A stretch of 64,000 bases of DNA from Paraspadella gotoi. Taxonomy: Eukaryota; Animalia; Chaetognatha. Where the stretch lies: the NCBI GenBank assembly GCA_051294375.1, contig CM119263.1, positions 10,934,703 to 10,998,702 of the forward strand, written 5' to 3'. Position 1 is the stretch's first letter; every line of letters starts with the position of its first letter. The notes under the pieces are model-generated. The model did no database searches, was not told the DNA's origin, and saw only the letters and a list, made by a program, of their open reading frames with translations. Below, one piece after another: positions 45,984 through 59,639 of the stretch. The position numbers and the translations under genes are program-made.

Positions 45984-46765
45984 CAATTATTTAGAATATT
46001 ATTAGTCAAGCTTTATTGAATTGTATCGCAAATAACATGATCTAATTCGTCTTCGAATTATATTAATAACTAATATTTTGGTTTTTAGAACATTGTGCCC
46101 TGGCGCAATACTATATTTGCTTTTGCTGCATTTTTGTATCACCTTCATTATGCACTTGCATTGATGGCGAATTCCAGCTGTTGAATCGAAATCTGATAAT
46201 GATCGAATGAAGTGTGCGTTCATTAAAAAGTTTGGTCAGTCTTGCGTTTCGCCGAAAGTACCGTACTCGCGGAGAAACTCTTTGTGATTGTTCCATACTT
46301 GTGTACCGTGTAGTGTGTGTCGTCTTGATCCTATGATCAAAACTTAAATTGGGGGAGTTCGACGTCCTGTCTCGCTTGCTAGAAAGAGAATGTTTACTCT
46401 TACGACACCGGTTGTTTTACATAAGTGAAACATGAGACGCTTGTGCCTATATTTTGTACTTGTTTAATCACTCTTCTGTAAATGCGGGCCCGAAATAAAA
46501 AACATTTCGGTGAAGTCGATTTTATGTGCATTAAATGTTCTTGGCTTCAACTCACAATTCGATCACCATAAAACCAGTTGGTATGTAACGAAGTTTAAAC
46601 ATTCTCGGCTTTTTTTTATGCAAGTTTGACCTGAACCGGGCAACTTTACAAAAAAAATACCTAGAGGCTGCTCTATGGTCGTTATTTACTGTGATTAAAC
46701 TATTGGCTGGTTTTAAATTAAAAAATACACATGATTAAATGTTTTTATTTTAATTGCGAAAGAAA

Positions 46766-47100
46766 GTCTTGTGCAAAAAAAAGTCGACCTAAAACAATGT
46801 GCTAATATTTTATTAAATTTTTTAATAATATTAATTTTTTAAAAAATATAATCTGTAAAATAACTACCTAAATTTTTTTATAATATATGAATACGATGCC
46901 AAAAAAATTATTTTTTTAATTTATTTTTATTTTATAATTTAAAAAAAAAATTATTTTAACCACTTGTCTTTCAGGTACTTAGCTTTTGAATGGTTAAACT
47001 ATTTTTTTATTATAAATTTTAATTTGTATATTTATTATTAAAATATTATACACGCGCATTTTAAGATTTAAGCGCGCCTTTTTTTTTGCACAGGACTGTA
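46766..47100. mobile_element. Degenerate Tc1-like MITE in the convergent intergenic region
   Basis: agtcttgtgcaaaaaaaagt at the left is inverted relative to ttttttttgcacaggactgta at the right; the interior is very AT-rich. Confidence 0.5.
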
Positions 47101-47822
47101 ATATGAGTCATTTTACAATGAAGCGATACAAATAATTTATTTAACCCGACTAGTCCTATTTCGAAATACTAATCAATTGAAGTTAAAAATCAAAAGCCCT
47201 AGGATTTTTTCCTCTTTTCTTTCTGATTTGTTTAATTGTATATCGAGAACCTGAGCAAGGCGATCTAGACAATTAATAGGAAACTTTTGGCGAGAAATAA
47301 ATTTACTTCATTTGGCGATAATTCGGATTATTAGGGGGGGGGTCGATCGATTGGTGATTGCAATTAGGACAATTTTAAATGACATCTTGAATTACGTTCG
47401 TGTTCATTACATTAACAAGGCACTACTTACAAAGTGTCCCAAGCGTAGTGTCACTTTACAAATGAATAGTTTTATATTATATCTTATTTGAAAATCAAAC
47501 GATTATTCCAAATTCTATCAGCAAATGTCAGAAATATTTTTTGTTAATTTTGAATTATTCAAAAAAAAATCACTCATTTGAACTGCGCATTATGTCAATA
47601 AAAATCCAAATGAATATAATAATAGAGATACCAAAACAAACTATGAACTCATCTTTCCGGTTGTTCTATCAAATTAATAATTCACCTTACCAATTTGACA
47701 CCGCGTTCATTTGTAAAAAGACAGTACGCTTGAGACACTGTAGTTTCCCGACTAAAGTTGCAGGGGTGAAGAGCAACAAAATTATCTAAAAAATAGCAAA
47801 AGAAAACATACATACATTGTAA

Positions 47823-50800
47823 TTAGTTTTCTTTATCGGGTAAGGAAATGCCATCGGGCCGAGAAACATAGCTTTGTCTTTTCTTCTTCGCCGCAGCGGT
47901 CGGCCTCATGTAGGAAGGGACAGCCTTCGGTTGCCAATGAGATGGAGCTACGTTTTGTTCGTCTCCTTTTTCAGGTGCAAAAGGTCCAGGTATCCTTGAC
48001 TGTCTCCGCGAGGCCTTCGAGTTATAATTTAAGGCTCCACCGTTACGCCCATTATTATACAAGTTGACGTTGACTCTTAAAGCTTCCCGACCCTTTTCCC
48101 CGTTCTGTAGAGGCTGGCGTTTGACTTCGGGTGCCGTCAAAGAACGTCGATGCCTCTTCCGTTGCTGAGGAGGTCCTTCAGGGACGCCTAATTCTGATTT
48201 AGAGGCGGGCAGCTGTGGCGACTCGGCGAGAAAGCCTATGCCTAAAGAAGGACCGTTTTCAGTGGTGGGTGTGTCCGGAAATAAGACTTTGTGAGGGCCA
48301 TTCTCAGTCACGTTTCGGAATCGATTTCTCGGAGTAGCATTATTTCGCCTGCGACGACGACTCGACCCGTTTCGCGAACCAGATATCGGAGTTTTCCGCA
48401 CGGAGCCCGGAGAAGGACGGAAGCTTGGAGAAGCCCAAAAGTTCTCGATGGTAGAAGGGGTTCCGAGGTGTCGCCCACTCCAGATTCTTTCACCAGCAGA
48501 CAATTGGCGTCGACCCGTAGTTCCCAATCGTCGTTGTGGCCCCGGAGTAACCTCTTCGCCATCAACTAAGGCTTTTGGCGTTGGACATCGCTGTGGGAGG
48601 CCGAGATTTCTTCGCTTTGAATTCGGCGTCAGTAGAGGGACGTCGTTGCTGTTATTGTTATTCGAGTTAGTGTTCCCGTGATAGAGCATTTTTGAATGAC
48701 TGGGTTGAACGCGAACCGCTCGTCTAGTTAGCTGCCGAGGACTCTTGCCATCGTCCCTTTGTTGGCCGTGGTTGTCACTGTGACCAACGAAATTGTTCCT
48801 TTGTCTCACGGGTGGTCCATTATTCGTGGTTGGGTTGTTTCTTTGATAATTATTCCATTGAGGTCGGTTAGGTCTGGTTACCGTATTTCGTCTCGAACCC
48901 GGGGTTCGCTGTGTCGTCACGGAGGCGGTCGGCGCAACAACGGCATTTGCCGAATACGATCGGCGTCGATTAGAATGACTTTTTAAACTCGATTTTTTGA
49001 CGGTTTTCCGAGAAGCGGGGCCAGCGTCGCCACCGTCATAGGCAGGCGCCGCAGCGACAATTACATTGTATGAAGTTGAACCGATTCGTTCACACAATGA
49101 AAGGAACGGGTTCACTGATTCCGTTATGTTCGGACGATTGCCGGAGGCGTCTTCTCCATCATTTTTCTCCCTTCGCACCCAGGAGTCGATTACGTCGAGT
49201 CCAACCTCCTGGCGTTGAGAAGCAAAGGCGACGTCACGATCTTCCGTCATAAGACGTTGGCGAAGTGACGAGTATTTGTCTTCCATATAGGGGGTCGAAT
49301 ATCCATGCCCACGAATTAGGGTGTGACTTTCGCTAAAGAAAGGAAAACAAAGAATACCATTGTAGATTGCTTGAAGAAGCTGAAAATATATCAAAAGACA
49401 ATTCCTTACCTATAAGCATGAAAAACGCACAAGAGTAGGTCGTGCATTGCGGCGTTAAATCGTTCCGCCTTGGCCGCTTGCTGAGCAAGAAATGCGTTGA
49501 GGCGGCGAGCGTCGGCCGCGTCTTCGTCGTAAAAGCGGCGCTGGAGACGCGGTTCGTGCCAAGCCGCTTCACCGCTCTTACCGGCAGAAGTCACGCGGAG
49601 GAGTTTAGCGTGTGTTTCGCGAAGTCTTTGTGAAAGATCGTCGCCGTCTCTCTATACGATAAATAATTGGAGTCAAACAAAAGGTGTAACACACTTCCCC
49701 GCCCCCCAGTTTTTCACCTTCAGTCGTTCCGCTCTTTCCGAAAGACTGCGAAGGTCTTCCTCTGCGCTGATTCGTATGTCCTCGTCATCTTCGGGGTTGA
49801 AGGCCGCCGTCATGCGCTCGACTAATTTTCGTTTCCGACTCAACTTTGCCTCGACGTCCACGGCGCCGCACTCGACTGTCAGATGTTTTCGACGCAAATC
49901 GGCGCGTTCCTGCATGGCAGCTTGCACCTCTGGTTGGGAGAGTGGATCTGAGAGGTACATTGGTAAAAGATGGTAAAATTATAACATGCGCTACTGCGAT
50001 GCTTATCACAAGTTCGAAGCTGACAAAATACAATAATAAGAAGTAAGATAGAGAGAAGCGCGTAACTTTCAGCCGCTGCAAAGCTCCACTCGTTTTTGGA
50101 CGAAGAGGTAGAGACAGAAAAAAAAGCGACATATATTTATAAATCTCTTCTTTTTTTAATTATAAGAAATTTGTTTCATATAAAATGTAAATAAATCACA
50201 TTTAATGTATCAGTTTTAAATGACCTTGATGAAAATATATATCGAAATTTTCAGCTTCATACTAATACCAAAAAAAATCTATAATTTGGAACGCCGAAAA
50301 CGACGACGCCGTTTATGGGGTCCATCGTCACAAAATCGTCGCAAGGGCAAGCAATTGGGACGATAAAAATGTTTTCCAAGTTTACCTGTTTCTTCGTGTC
50401 GACGCGAAGACGAGAAATTTTCGTTTCGATGTTGTATCTGGGAAATCAAAGCGATCGGCGTTGATATTTTATTTGGGTTAATTTTACTTTCGCCGACCGG
50501 GGTTAAGGCTTAAGGATGAGGTTGGTTTAGTGTGAAAGTAATTAAGTAATATTTATTTAAAAAATATTAAAAATTAAGTATTTTCAAGTAGTTTTTCAAA
50601 AGACGCCAAAACCTCAGTCAGCGAAAGTAAAATGTTGCCTTTTATTTTTTTTAAAAAGAATGATTGCCTTCCTTTCCATCCGCTTACTTCTTGGCGCTTA
50701 ATCTTCGACTTTAGCATCTCCACTTCCTCCTTCAACTTTCGAACAATCTCTGCATACTCGGCAACGTGTGAGTCGACGCTAACCACGTTGCGCGTCACGT

Positions 50801-52861
50801 GGCACCGAATGTTCTTGGCACGATTTGCGTAGTTCAGCGTGTTGTGGGTGTCGTCAGTATTGATCCAAGAGGGCGAGACTGCAGCGATCATTACGGTACG
50901 ACTGTTGCCGCAAAGAGAATCCTTGAGAAGTCGAGTGAGGTTCGAGTCGCGGTAGTTGACGTAGTGGCCGCGCTTTTTAAGAAAAGACAAGATTGAATTT
51001 AGAGAAAGAAATATAAACAAGTTTGAGCAAACAATGCCGGATCTGCCCAGGATCATTAGCGGTAAGCAAATTATCAGACAATTAATTAAATAATTAATTA
51101 ATTATAACACTACAGTTTGGATTTACATTTAATACAAAAATAAAAAGCATAATCAAATAGTAAAAAAGCTTTTAATAATTTCCATTTAAAATCATTTCCA
51201 CTGGGACGATTCCATCAAAACTTGATTTCCAGCTCAATCACACACTTCTTTACCCACACGTAAATCGCCTCATCCACTAATAAATAATTGGCGTTCATTG
51301 CTGAGAGGGAACAGACAAACGGACAGACAGACAATTTTTTTTGCATAATTTATCATAATTTGATGTTCTGACATAATCTCACTGAATGACCAACAAGATT
51401 GGGGCGCGGACCGACAAAGTAAATTATAGAGCCGGAATCTGGTGTAAGCAAGTCCGACTAAAAAGCTTTGAAGAATTTCTGTTTTTGCATATAACCTGAT
51501 TCGGATCGGCGAGCGCATTTATGCAGTTTCCAAGCGCGAGCAACGAACGATTGATGTTAGCACCCTCTCGCATTCGTTCCCCGCTATTGGTGGCCAGCAT
51601 GGTGGCACGTTCGCTTCCGGCCAAATCGACCAACGCCATCTTGCCGCGGACAAAGTCTTGTGAGAGGCCGGCTGCTCGTTCCGTTCGGGTCACGAAAATC
51701 TGTTTATCCAGGAATAATGATTGCATAAATAAAAAAGGAAATCGTTAACAATTAATTGTTCACACCTGAAAGACAGCGTGCGACCTCGATGATTCCTGGT
51801 TGGCGTCCGTAGGGTGCTGCGTCCGATTTCGGTTGCCACGCTCCAGCATTTGCAGTAACGCGTCGGCCGTCGCCGGTGTATGATACGATACTCCGCCAAC
51901 AGTCACCTCGCCGTTTCCATCTTCCCAGATCTATAAAAAAAATGTAATGCTTTACGGATCGTAAGAGATAATAGTATTGAACGAACGTACCTTCAAAGGT
52001 CTAAGAGCCCCTGCAGATTCGTTGATCAGGTCTTTAATTTCCTCGTTGTAAATTTCGATGTAAGTGACTTGAACTTTAACAACCGATTCTTCCTTCATAG
52101 TCTCGATACGTTCATAAAGTTCCTTGACTGTCCGGTACATGATACCAGGGGAGGAATGGTTTCCGAGCATGGTGAACGTTTTTCCGGCTCCAGTGGCCCC
52201 ATAGGCAAAGACAGAGCAATTGAATCCATCCAGGAGGGCGTCCAGGACTTCGTGGCGAACGCAATCATCGAAAATTTGCTAAAAGAAATTAATTTAAATG
52301 CATTATTGAATCGAGACTGAGTGTGGCGTTTCGTTTTTACCTTATTCGAGGAGTCGGGACCGAAGACTCGATCAAAAGCAAAACGGAGATCGCGATGTGG
52401 CCTCCCTCTCATCGAGTGATCACGGAACTTGCCATTGTTGTTGTTGGCGTTGAAAACACTCTTGCGACGGTTGTTCCAATTGAGCTCCTGTTCATCTGCA
52501 GGATCAAACACTAGCATTCGATCATCAACAACCTTGACAGCAGCTTGATGTCCGCCACCGGCATCGCGTCGCTCATGCGGCTGAAAAAAAAGTTTTCATA
52601 TTTTTATAAATTTTGTTTTAATTTATTCGTTTTTGTATTAAATTTGTTCAGTTTGCAAGTCTTTTTGAGACCTTGGGTGCTCTACACTACACTGCCTTTT
52701 AAATTAAAGTGGGTTGTTCATAAATCTCGGCTGCTCACCTGTAAGGGTCGCACGCGTACGATGACAGTCATGTTGACTCGCGACATCTTAGACTTTTTCT
52801 TTTCTGCCGGTTCGCAACCAACTGCTTCCCCCATCTCCGGTGCTTCGTCTAGAGTTTCCAT
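47823..52861 (-). CDS. KIF18: Kinesin-8 family motor (KIF18-like); about 12 exons with a long disordered tail exon
   Basis: [37 protein letters not shown]-loop, [43 protein letters not shown] and [24 protein letters not shown]. Kinesin-8-type motifs are present. Confidence 0.9.
50245..50370 (+). mobile_element. Helentron/DINE-like repeat 3' end (family B)
   Basis: Matches 57661-57797 and ends in an atcgtc...gacgat stem-loop. Confidence 0.5.
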
Positions 52862-53052
52862 CACGATTGCTTAAAAATATTTTCATAAAATAGGCACATT
52901 CGGTGGTCGAGACGATGTAGAAAAATATAATCAACCTAAAAACGAAATGGGCACGGCGCGAGAATAAACGGTTAGAAAAGGTCAGTCAATGAGTTAGTTT
53001 CTAAGTTTAGTTTCGGCTGTTTAATTCATATACGTAAAAATCTATGGTAAAA

Positions 53053-56000
53053 CTACATTTTCTTGGCGCCTAATTTCATCGCCCCGGATGACTTCGCCGC
53101 CTTTTTCTTTTCCATCTCCAGCCGGCGCTGTTCCCTCTTTTGTCTCATCAACTCTGCTTTCGAAGTGAGAGCGGTTTCGTTAGATACGTCGTCGGCGGTG
53201 GCCTTATCCCAATCGCCCCAGCCGTCGTCGTCGGCATTCTTTTTCGATGGCGTTGTTGCTCTCGTCGTCTTCGTTTCTGTCGGTTTGGGACTAGACGACT
53301 TTGAGTTAGCTCCCGGAACGAGGTTTAGACTAGTTCTTCGGTTCGAAGGCAGCGCGTCGAAAAATGAGTCTGAGTCTGGATCGAGCTTGGCGACGCCCGG
53401 ACCCCAGTCGTAGGACGAAGCGGGTTTGAACGCGTCGTCGCCAGAGTCGAAAGGAGCAAACTCCTCGGAATCCCATTCGCTAGAGGCCTTGGTGGCGGCT
53501 GGGGAAGGAGACTTTGACGGATGAAGCGAAGATGCGGGAGGATTGTCTAAAAAAAGACAATCAATCAAAAAATTAAATACACAAGTTTTTTCTATTCCAC
53601 AGTACCCTTAAACATGGCAGCATTTACCTGGCTGAGACGACAGGTCTCCAAAGTCTTCCCAAGCGTCGTTCTCAAAGTCATTCCATCCCGCTGCCGAAGA
53701 CGAAGGAGCCGTCTTCGGAGATTTACCGTCCAAATCCTCCCAAGCGGTCTGATCGTCCCAACCGTCCTTGACTCGAGGCGGACCAGAAGCGTTAGAAATC
53801 GAAAGACCTTCAGTTCGATTGGAGATCGCCTGTGGAAAAGGGACGCGACAATTAGTAATGAACAACGCATTCGATTTGGACATTCATTTTAGTGAAAAGG
53901 TTTGAAGTAGAGTTTACAAAGATTTGTTTGTAATAAACGAACATGTTTCGGCTTTAGTTTGCAAGCCTTCATCAGAGTTAACAGTTTTGATTTTGATAGA
54001 CGAAATATGTGCAAAGGAAGAGAGAGGGCCAAAGTTTCCAACACAGAGTTGAGAAAAGACAGGTAAATAAGTATTAAGTAATAATCAAATTTAATTAATT
54101 AATTATTCAGTTTACAAATTTATCTCTGTTGTACATTATAAAAAATGTATAATTTTCCAACCATCTCTCTATCTCTGACCATTTTCTCTTCCCTTTCAAA
54201 ATCTTAGTCTATCTGTCCTTACTTTCAGCCTATTCTCACAAATTTATTACAAATAAATCGTTGTGAAATCGACTTCAAACGTTTTCACTAAATATCCTAA
54301 CACAACGAAAAATAAAGGTTCAAAACACAAGGACATTCATTTTAAAAATAAATATATGATAAACTTAGTATGAAAAAATTATAATTCTAATTATCATTAA
54401 CGTACCAACCAACAGATCAACCAATAATTTTTAAAAAGTCGTTATTATTGCTTAAGTACCTCGTCCAATTTTTTATCTGTTTGACCGGCGAGCATCATTT
54501 CTTTTGATTGACCGGATGAATATTCCGACGCTGGGGTTGTCGTCCCGTTTTTGTTGAGAGGGGCAGCAGTGGCCGAGGCTGGACTAGAGTTCTTGGAATA
54601 AATTTTTGAGGTGAGGGAACCAACTCCTCCTATTGCCCAACCAGCCCAGGAAGCCACTGCGGAAGCCTTTTGAACGTTTCCACTGTTAACGTCCTTCTCT
54701 GTTTGTAACCAACGATGTAAGTAACAAAACAATCCCTTAAAAATGATCGAAAAACATTTACCCAGCTCTTCGGCTTCTTCTGGATGCTCGGAGACCCTCT
54801 CCAGCTTCCCCAAAAACAGCTTGATAGCCTTAAAGGCTTGATCGCGGACCGCCTTCTCCGGGTCGCGTGCAGCGATAGCCAACGAGGGAATAATCTTGGA
54901 GGCACCGTCGTTGAGCGTATAGTAATTGTGAGTGGCGGCGAGGGCAAGGACACCGGCTTGGCGGGCCGGAGGAAAAGGATCGCGTAGGGCGCGGCAAAAG
55001 GCAGAAACCAAAACCTAAGTAATAACATTAATTAGGAAAATTCGTGTTTTTCCCCACTGAAGCAGACGAGAAAAGTTCTTAAAGTGACTACCTTTTGGCG
55101 CCTTTCGGGGTTCAAAAATCCAGCGATTTTACCGAGGCACACTGTGGTGTTGGTTCGAATTCCACCTTGGTCATCACGAGATTGAAGCCGCGCAAAGTGT
55201 TTCATCAACTCCTCATTTAAGTTGTGATAGTTAAGTTTCTCAGCCATAAAAACCATTGCCTGACCGAAATAGACCTATATAGTTACACCATAAATCACGC
55301 AGCCCAGAAATTAAGTTAGGGTTCACCTTGATAGTGTGTTCACGAACAGTGGGGTTCGTGTCCATGAAACCGTGAACGACTTGAGGAAATATTTTCTCAT
55401 TCACCGTGCCCACTTGAAGATGTTTGATAAACAATTCGCACTGAAAAATGCCACGTAAAAATGTAATCTTATTTGCACAAAATGACAGCAATGAAAGTCT
55501 CTACGCTCTACCTGCTGAAGGAGCCGCACTCTCGTTGTTCGATCCGATGAGGAAAAAAGCTTTACTACCGAAGGAACGATTTGTTTCTGATACTCGTCTT
55601 CAGAAAGAAGGCGACTTAATTTAAAGAGCGGCGGCAAGACAGCGGATCCTTAGAAAGATTGGTGTTTTTTGATCAGCTCATTTATTCACATTTATTCATT
55701 CAGAGAGTGAAACAGACGACACGGAATTTAATATGTATGTACCTGCTCCTGCAAATTCGTAGGCGTTGAGGAGTTGAGGCAAGATTTTATGCCGACAAAC
55801 GTCGTCGGGAAAAGAATCAACAGCGTCCGTGAGAGTTCCGAAAAAGCGCGACTTTTCACCGGCGTCTTTAATCTGAATCTGCTCGATAAATAGCATCGTG
55901 TCGACGAAAGAGTTGGCCATGAATCCGTCGGCGCGCCGGCACGATTCGAGGAGGTCAGCCGGGTTGGGTCTCGAGCACGGGTTAGCGGAAACAAGTTCGC

Positions 56001-59000
56001 AATAGTTGGTGACTAGACTTTTAGGGATTTTTCCGGGCGACTTCAGAGCGGCGTTTCGGGGCAAAGGGCCATTGAAGATTTCCCAAATCAAGCAGCCCAG
56101 TCCCCACATGTCCGTAGACCACTTTTCCTTTCGGCGTGGCTGAGCCACGGACCGTTCCGGTGGTTCGTACTTTTCCAATGCCGGAAGTATCTTGATTGGG
56201 GGAATGGCTCCGGAAGTTTCGGCAAACATAAATTCGACACCGCCGAGCTTCCACTCTCCAGCCTTGTCGACGAAGACGGCACCCAGGTTGACATTGTTGT
56301 GAACGAGGCCACAGGAGTTGTTGAGAAAGTCCAGAGCTTTAGCGATCTGGTGAATGCCCCAAGAAAGGGCCGAGACGTTTTTCTAGTCGAAAAGAAACAA
56401 TGGAAATTTAAACAATCTTAAAAGCATAAGATTGTCGTAATCGCATAGAAAAATTCTGGACCCATGACAAACTTGGATACTAAAACAAAAAATCAAATTT
56501 GATACAGGAAAACGTAAGTTTTCTAAATAAACTTGGCTTAATATATAAAAAAAATCTTAAAAGCGTAAGGATCATCGCAATCGAAAAATCTGGATTGACG
56601 ACAAATTTTGATACTAAAAAAATTAAATTTGAGAAAAAAAAATTTATAAACAAAAAGAAAAAGAAAAAAAAAGAATAATAAAATAGTAAAATAATTTATT
56701 TTCGAGTTTAATTTTTAGCAAGTGCTAAGTCTGAAGAGACATTATTGAAGGTACTTTTGTTTTACTTTTAGCCGACATAAGCGAGCAGTTTGATCGAATG
56801 CGACCTCTCCAAACACTGTCAACATTCCCAGACAAAAGACGAGGTGAAGTAAAGACTAAAGTGAAGTAAAATGAAGTAAAGTACCAATTTCATAAAATTC
56901 AGCTCCTTGTATTTTGATGCTAGTGCGGAGTACAATAAGTATTCCCCGATCTAATACTTAAGGGAGTGGTCTTTTCATACAATTGAAACATTCTTTGAAA
57001 TATTTTCCACTTCATTGATAGGGAAGCAAGGTACTCTGGGAGTGAACAAACGAGACTGTGAAAGAGTCTTGATTGAAAACTTGCAGGGACCTGCTATGTC
57101 ATTATCTTGTAAGAGTGATGGAGGCCTTAAACCACCAAAGCCTGTCCAAAGTCAGGGGCAAGATAGCTTATTTATTAAATGAATGGATAATTTTTATATT
57201 GGTTGTACCAATTTCATAAAATAATAAAGTAAATATATATTGAAAAAAAAATATTATTCTGATTGATATTTAGAAAAAAAATCTAGGATATAAATTTGGG
57301 AATAAATGGCGATAATAAAAGTTTTAGAGGGAAAAAAATTAATCAGAGAGAGAGAGAGAGAGAGAGAAAAAGAAAGAAAGAAAGAAATCAAAAGGCAGCA
57401 GCAGAAGCAGCAGGAGAAAAAGAAAGAGCCCCTGCAGAGCCAGCTGCAGACTCGGTTTTTTTATTTCCCTTTGACTATGAATCAGTGACTTGGGAAAAGA
57501 GAGAGGGAGAGAGACATGTAATTAAAAGAGAAAAGAGAGAGAGAAAGAAATATAAAAATAAAAGAGAGAAAATTTGTTTGTTTTTATAAAATGTAAACAA
57601 AACATATTTAGTAACTGTCCAGACTCATTTTAAGCACATCGATGATGAGAAGCTGTATATAAATTTTCAGCTTCATATACCCAAATTTAATCATAAAAAA
57701 GGCGATCTATAATTTGGAACGCCGAAGACGACGACGCCACTTATGCGCAAAAGCGTTACAATATCGTCGCAAACGCTAAGCGATTGCGACGATAAAAAAT
57801 AGCTTAGAAGTATAAAAATAAAAGGAATTTCCAATGGCAGATGGATAAACGGACACAAAATCGAGAAACAAGAAATTAAAAAATAAAAAGACTAAAAATT
57901 CAAAGTCAAAAAAGCGAGATAAAAACCAGTTTTGCGATGGTAAAATGATGCGCGAATGCTATTCTTGACATCATGAGTTCGATCCTTGCACTATTTTTTC
58001 TTTATTAAAAAATCTTAAAAGTATAGTGATCTCGCCAGACGTTACTGTCAAAGAAAATTAATGAAAAAATTTGGAGAAAAAAAGAAAAGTCCAGCCGCTG
58101 CAGAGCTGAATTAGTTTTTAAACGAATTAGCAGATAAATAAAAATATTAATTGAAAAGAAAGAGTGACGATATTCAAGAATAAAAAAAAATAAAAAACTT
58201 TGTCAAAAATACTATAAATAAAAAAAATATACAAATTTTGTATATATTGTCATTCAATAATTTTTCAAAAGTGAGAACATAGTATTAAAAATTATTTTAT
58301 CTACTTAAGAATGTATTATTTAAAATTTTTTCTACATAAAACATCAATAATAGGCTCTATGCTCCAAATAATAGTGTTTTAGTTATTATTTTTTATAATA
58401 TTATAAAAAATATTTTTAATATATGAAGGGTTCCGCTTTACCCCAGGGTGGGGTAAAACAGAACACTTTTCTATATTTTAAAAAATTCGGACCCTAGGGG
58501 GCAAAAGATAAAAACGAATAGAACGAAAAAAAAAAATTTAAATAAATTTACTATGTGAAAAATTTGAATACTTCCAAAAGTGTTCCGAATTACCCCGCAC
58601 TACCCTAGTAATTTTTAAATCTAAAAAAATAAATATAGTGAAACAAGTAATTTTGCAACTTTCAATGCATTGAATCAAGGTACCGACCTTCAGCTCCTCC
58701 AGTTTAGTAGATAATGGAGTAACGCGTTCCGTCGCCACGTAGACGATGTTGGCATTCTCAACGGCATCGACGAAAGCAACGACGTTGGGATGCCTCAGAG
58801 TCTTAAGGCGCTTCGCGGCCGCGCGAACAATTTCGAGCTGCGTCTCTGAACCCGATTTGACGTCGAAGCCGAAAATTGAGACGGCGTCGCCCGAAGTCTT
58901 CTGTTTTCCTTCAAGGAGGCGCCAGACGGAGGTCGAGTCCAGCTCGTCCACGACGGCGCCGACGTCGAAGGCGAAGTTAGCGATCGGGTCGCGGGAAAAG

Positions 59001-59011
59001 TACGACCACAT
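53053..59011 (-). CDS. SCYL1: SCY1-like pseudokinase 1 (N-terminal kinase-like protein); about 10 exons
   Basis: [49 protein letters not shown] region ([18 protein letters not shown]; [14 protein letters not shown]) and the C-terminal [14 protein letters not shown]-binding-type tail. Confidence 0.94.
53936..53979 (-). ncRNA. Minimal type-I hammerhead ribozyme-like motif inside a repeat remnant in a SCYL1 intron
   Basis: The minus strand reads aact-CTGATGA-aggctt-gcaaact-aaagcc-GAAAC-at-GTT-cgtt. It has the conserved cores, stem II ggctt/aagcc, a palindromic short stem III and a partial stem I. Confidence 0.55.
56553..57797 (+). mobile_element. Helentron/DINE-like non-autonomous element (family B) with a nested family A repeat (56881-57218)
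   Basis: Subterminal gatcatcgcaatcg (~56570) is inverted relative to gcgattgcgacgat (~57780), and the 3' hairpin reads atcgtcgcaaacgctaagcgattgcgacgat. The interior has GA-rich simple repeats, and the 5' end is shared with 15524 and 56414. Confidence 0.5.
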
Positions 59012-59231
59012 TTTCCTTTACAGCGAGGCGGTAAATTTTAAGGTATTTTTTATAACGATCATACTCTAAAAATACATCTTGGTATAAATTTTTTGGGGAA
59101 TCTCAGATGAATTAACATAAATAAAATATAAAGGCGTTTAAAAATCATTCAATACTTTTACTAAAAATTAAAAGGAGAAAAGGAGCTAAAAGTAAAAAGG
59201 TTTGACTCAAAACCCATGTTCAAGAATCCGT

Positions 59232-59639
59232 TTAAGATTCTCCGACGAGGGCCTCCATTCCGTTTGCCATTTTGACGTCCCGTTCGGAGACGCCATCCAC
59301 GTCGTGCGAGGTCAGCACCACCTCCACTTTGTTGTAGACGTTAAACCACTCGGGATGATGATTCATTCTCTCAGCCATTAGCGCAGTCCGCGTCATGAAT
59401 CCGAACGCTTCGCTGAAGTTTTTGAAAACAAACTGCTTTCGGATGGCATCGCGACCTTCGACGAGTGTCCAACCGCGGGCCAAAACCGGCGTTAATAAAG
59501 ACCGTCGCTGTTCTGTGGTCAGTTTGGTTCGTTTTGTAGGGGAGACAGCGTTGGTGGCAACGGTGGACGAGGCCGCCATACTGAAACAGTTTACTGGTGA
59601 CAGTCGTAAAATCAATCCCACGCTTCGAAATTTAAACAT
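59232..59639 (-). CDS. PCBD: Pterin-4-alpha-carbinolamine dehydratase (intronless; alternative start at 59579)
   Basis: [58 protein letters not shown] carries the [10 protein letters not shown] signature. Confidence 0.96.
   Translation of the reverse strand: MFKFRSVGLILRLSPVNCFSMAASSTVATNAVSPTKRTKLTTEQRRSLLTPVLARGWTLVEGRDAIRKQFVFKNFSEAFGFMTRTALMAERMNHHPEWFNVYNKVEVVLTSHDVDGVSERDVKMANGMEALVGES

Noticed and set aside
47823-49394. Standalone 523-aa protein
   Set aside because: It is the disordered terminal exon of KIF18; an acceptor lies at ~49333 and upstream exons lead into it.
57296-57589. Lys/Glu/Arg-rich ORFs
   Set aside because: These are purine-rich simple repeats inside an intronic repeat element, antisense to SCYL1.
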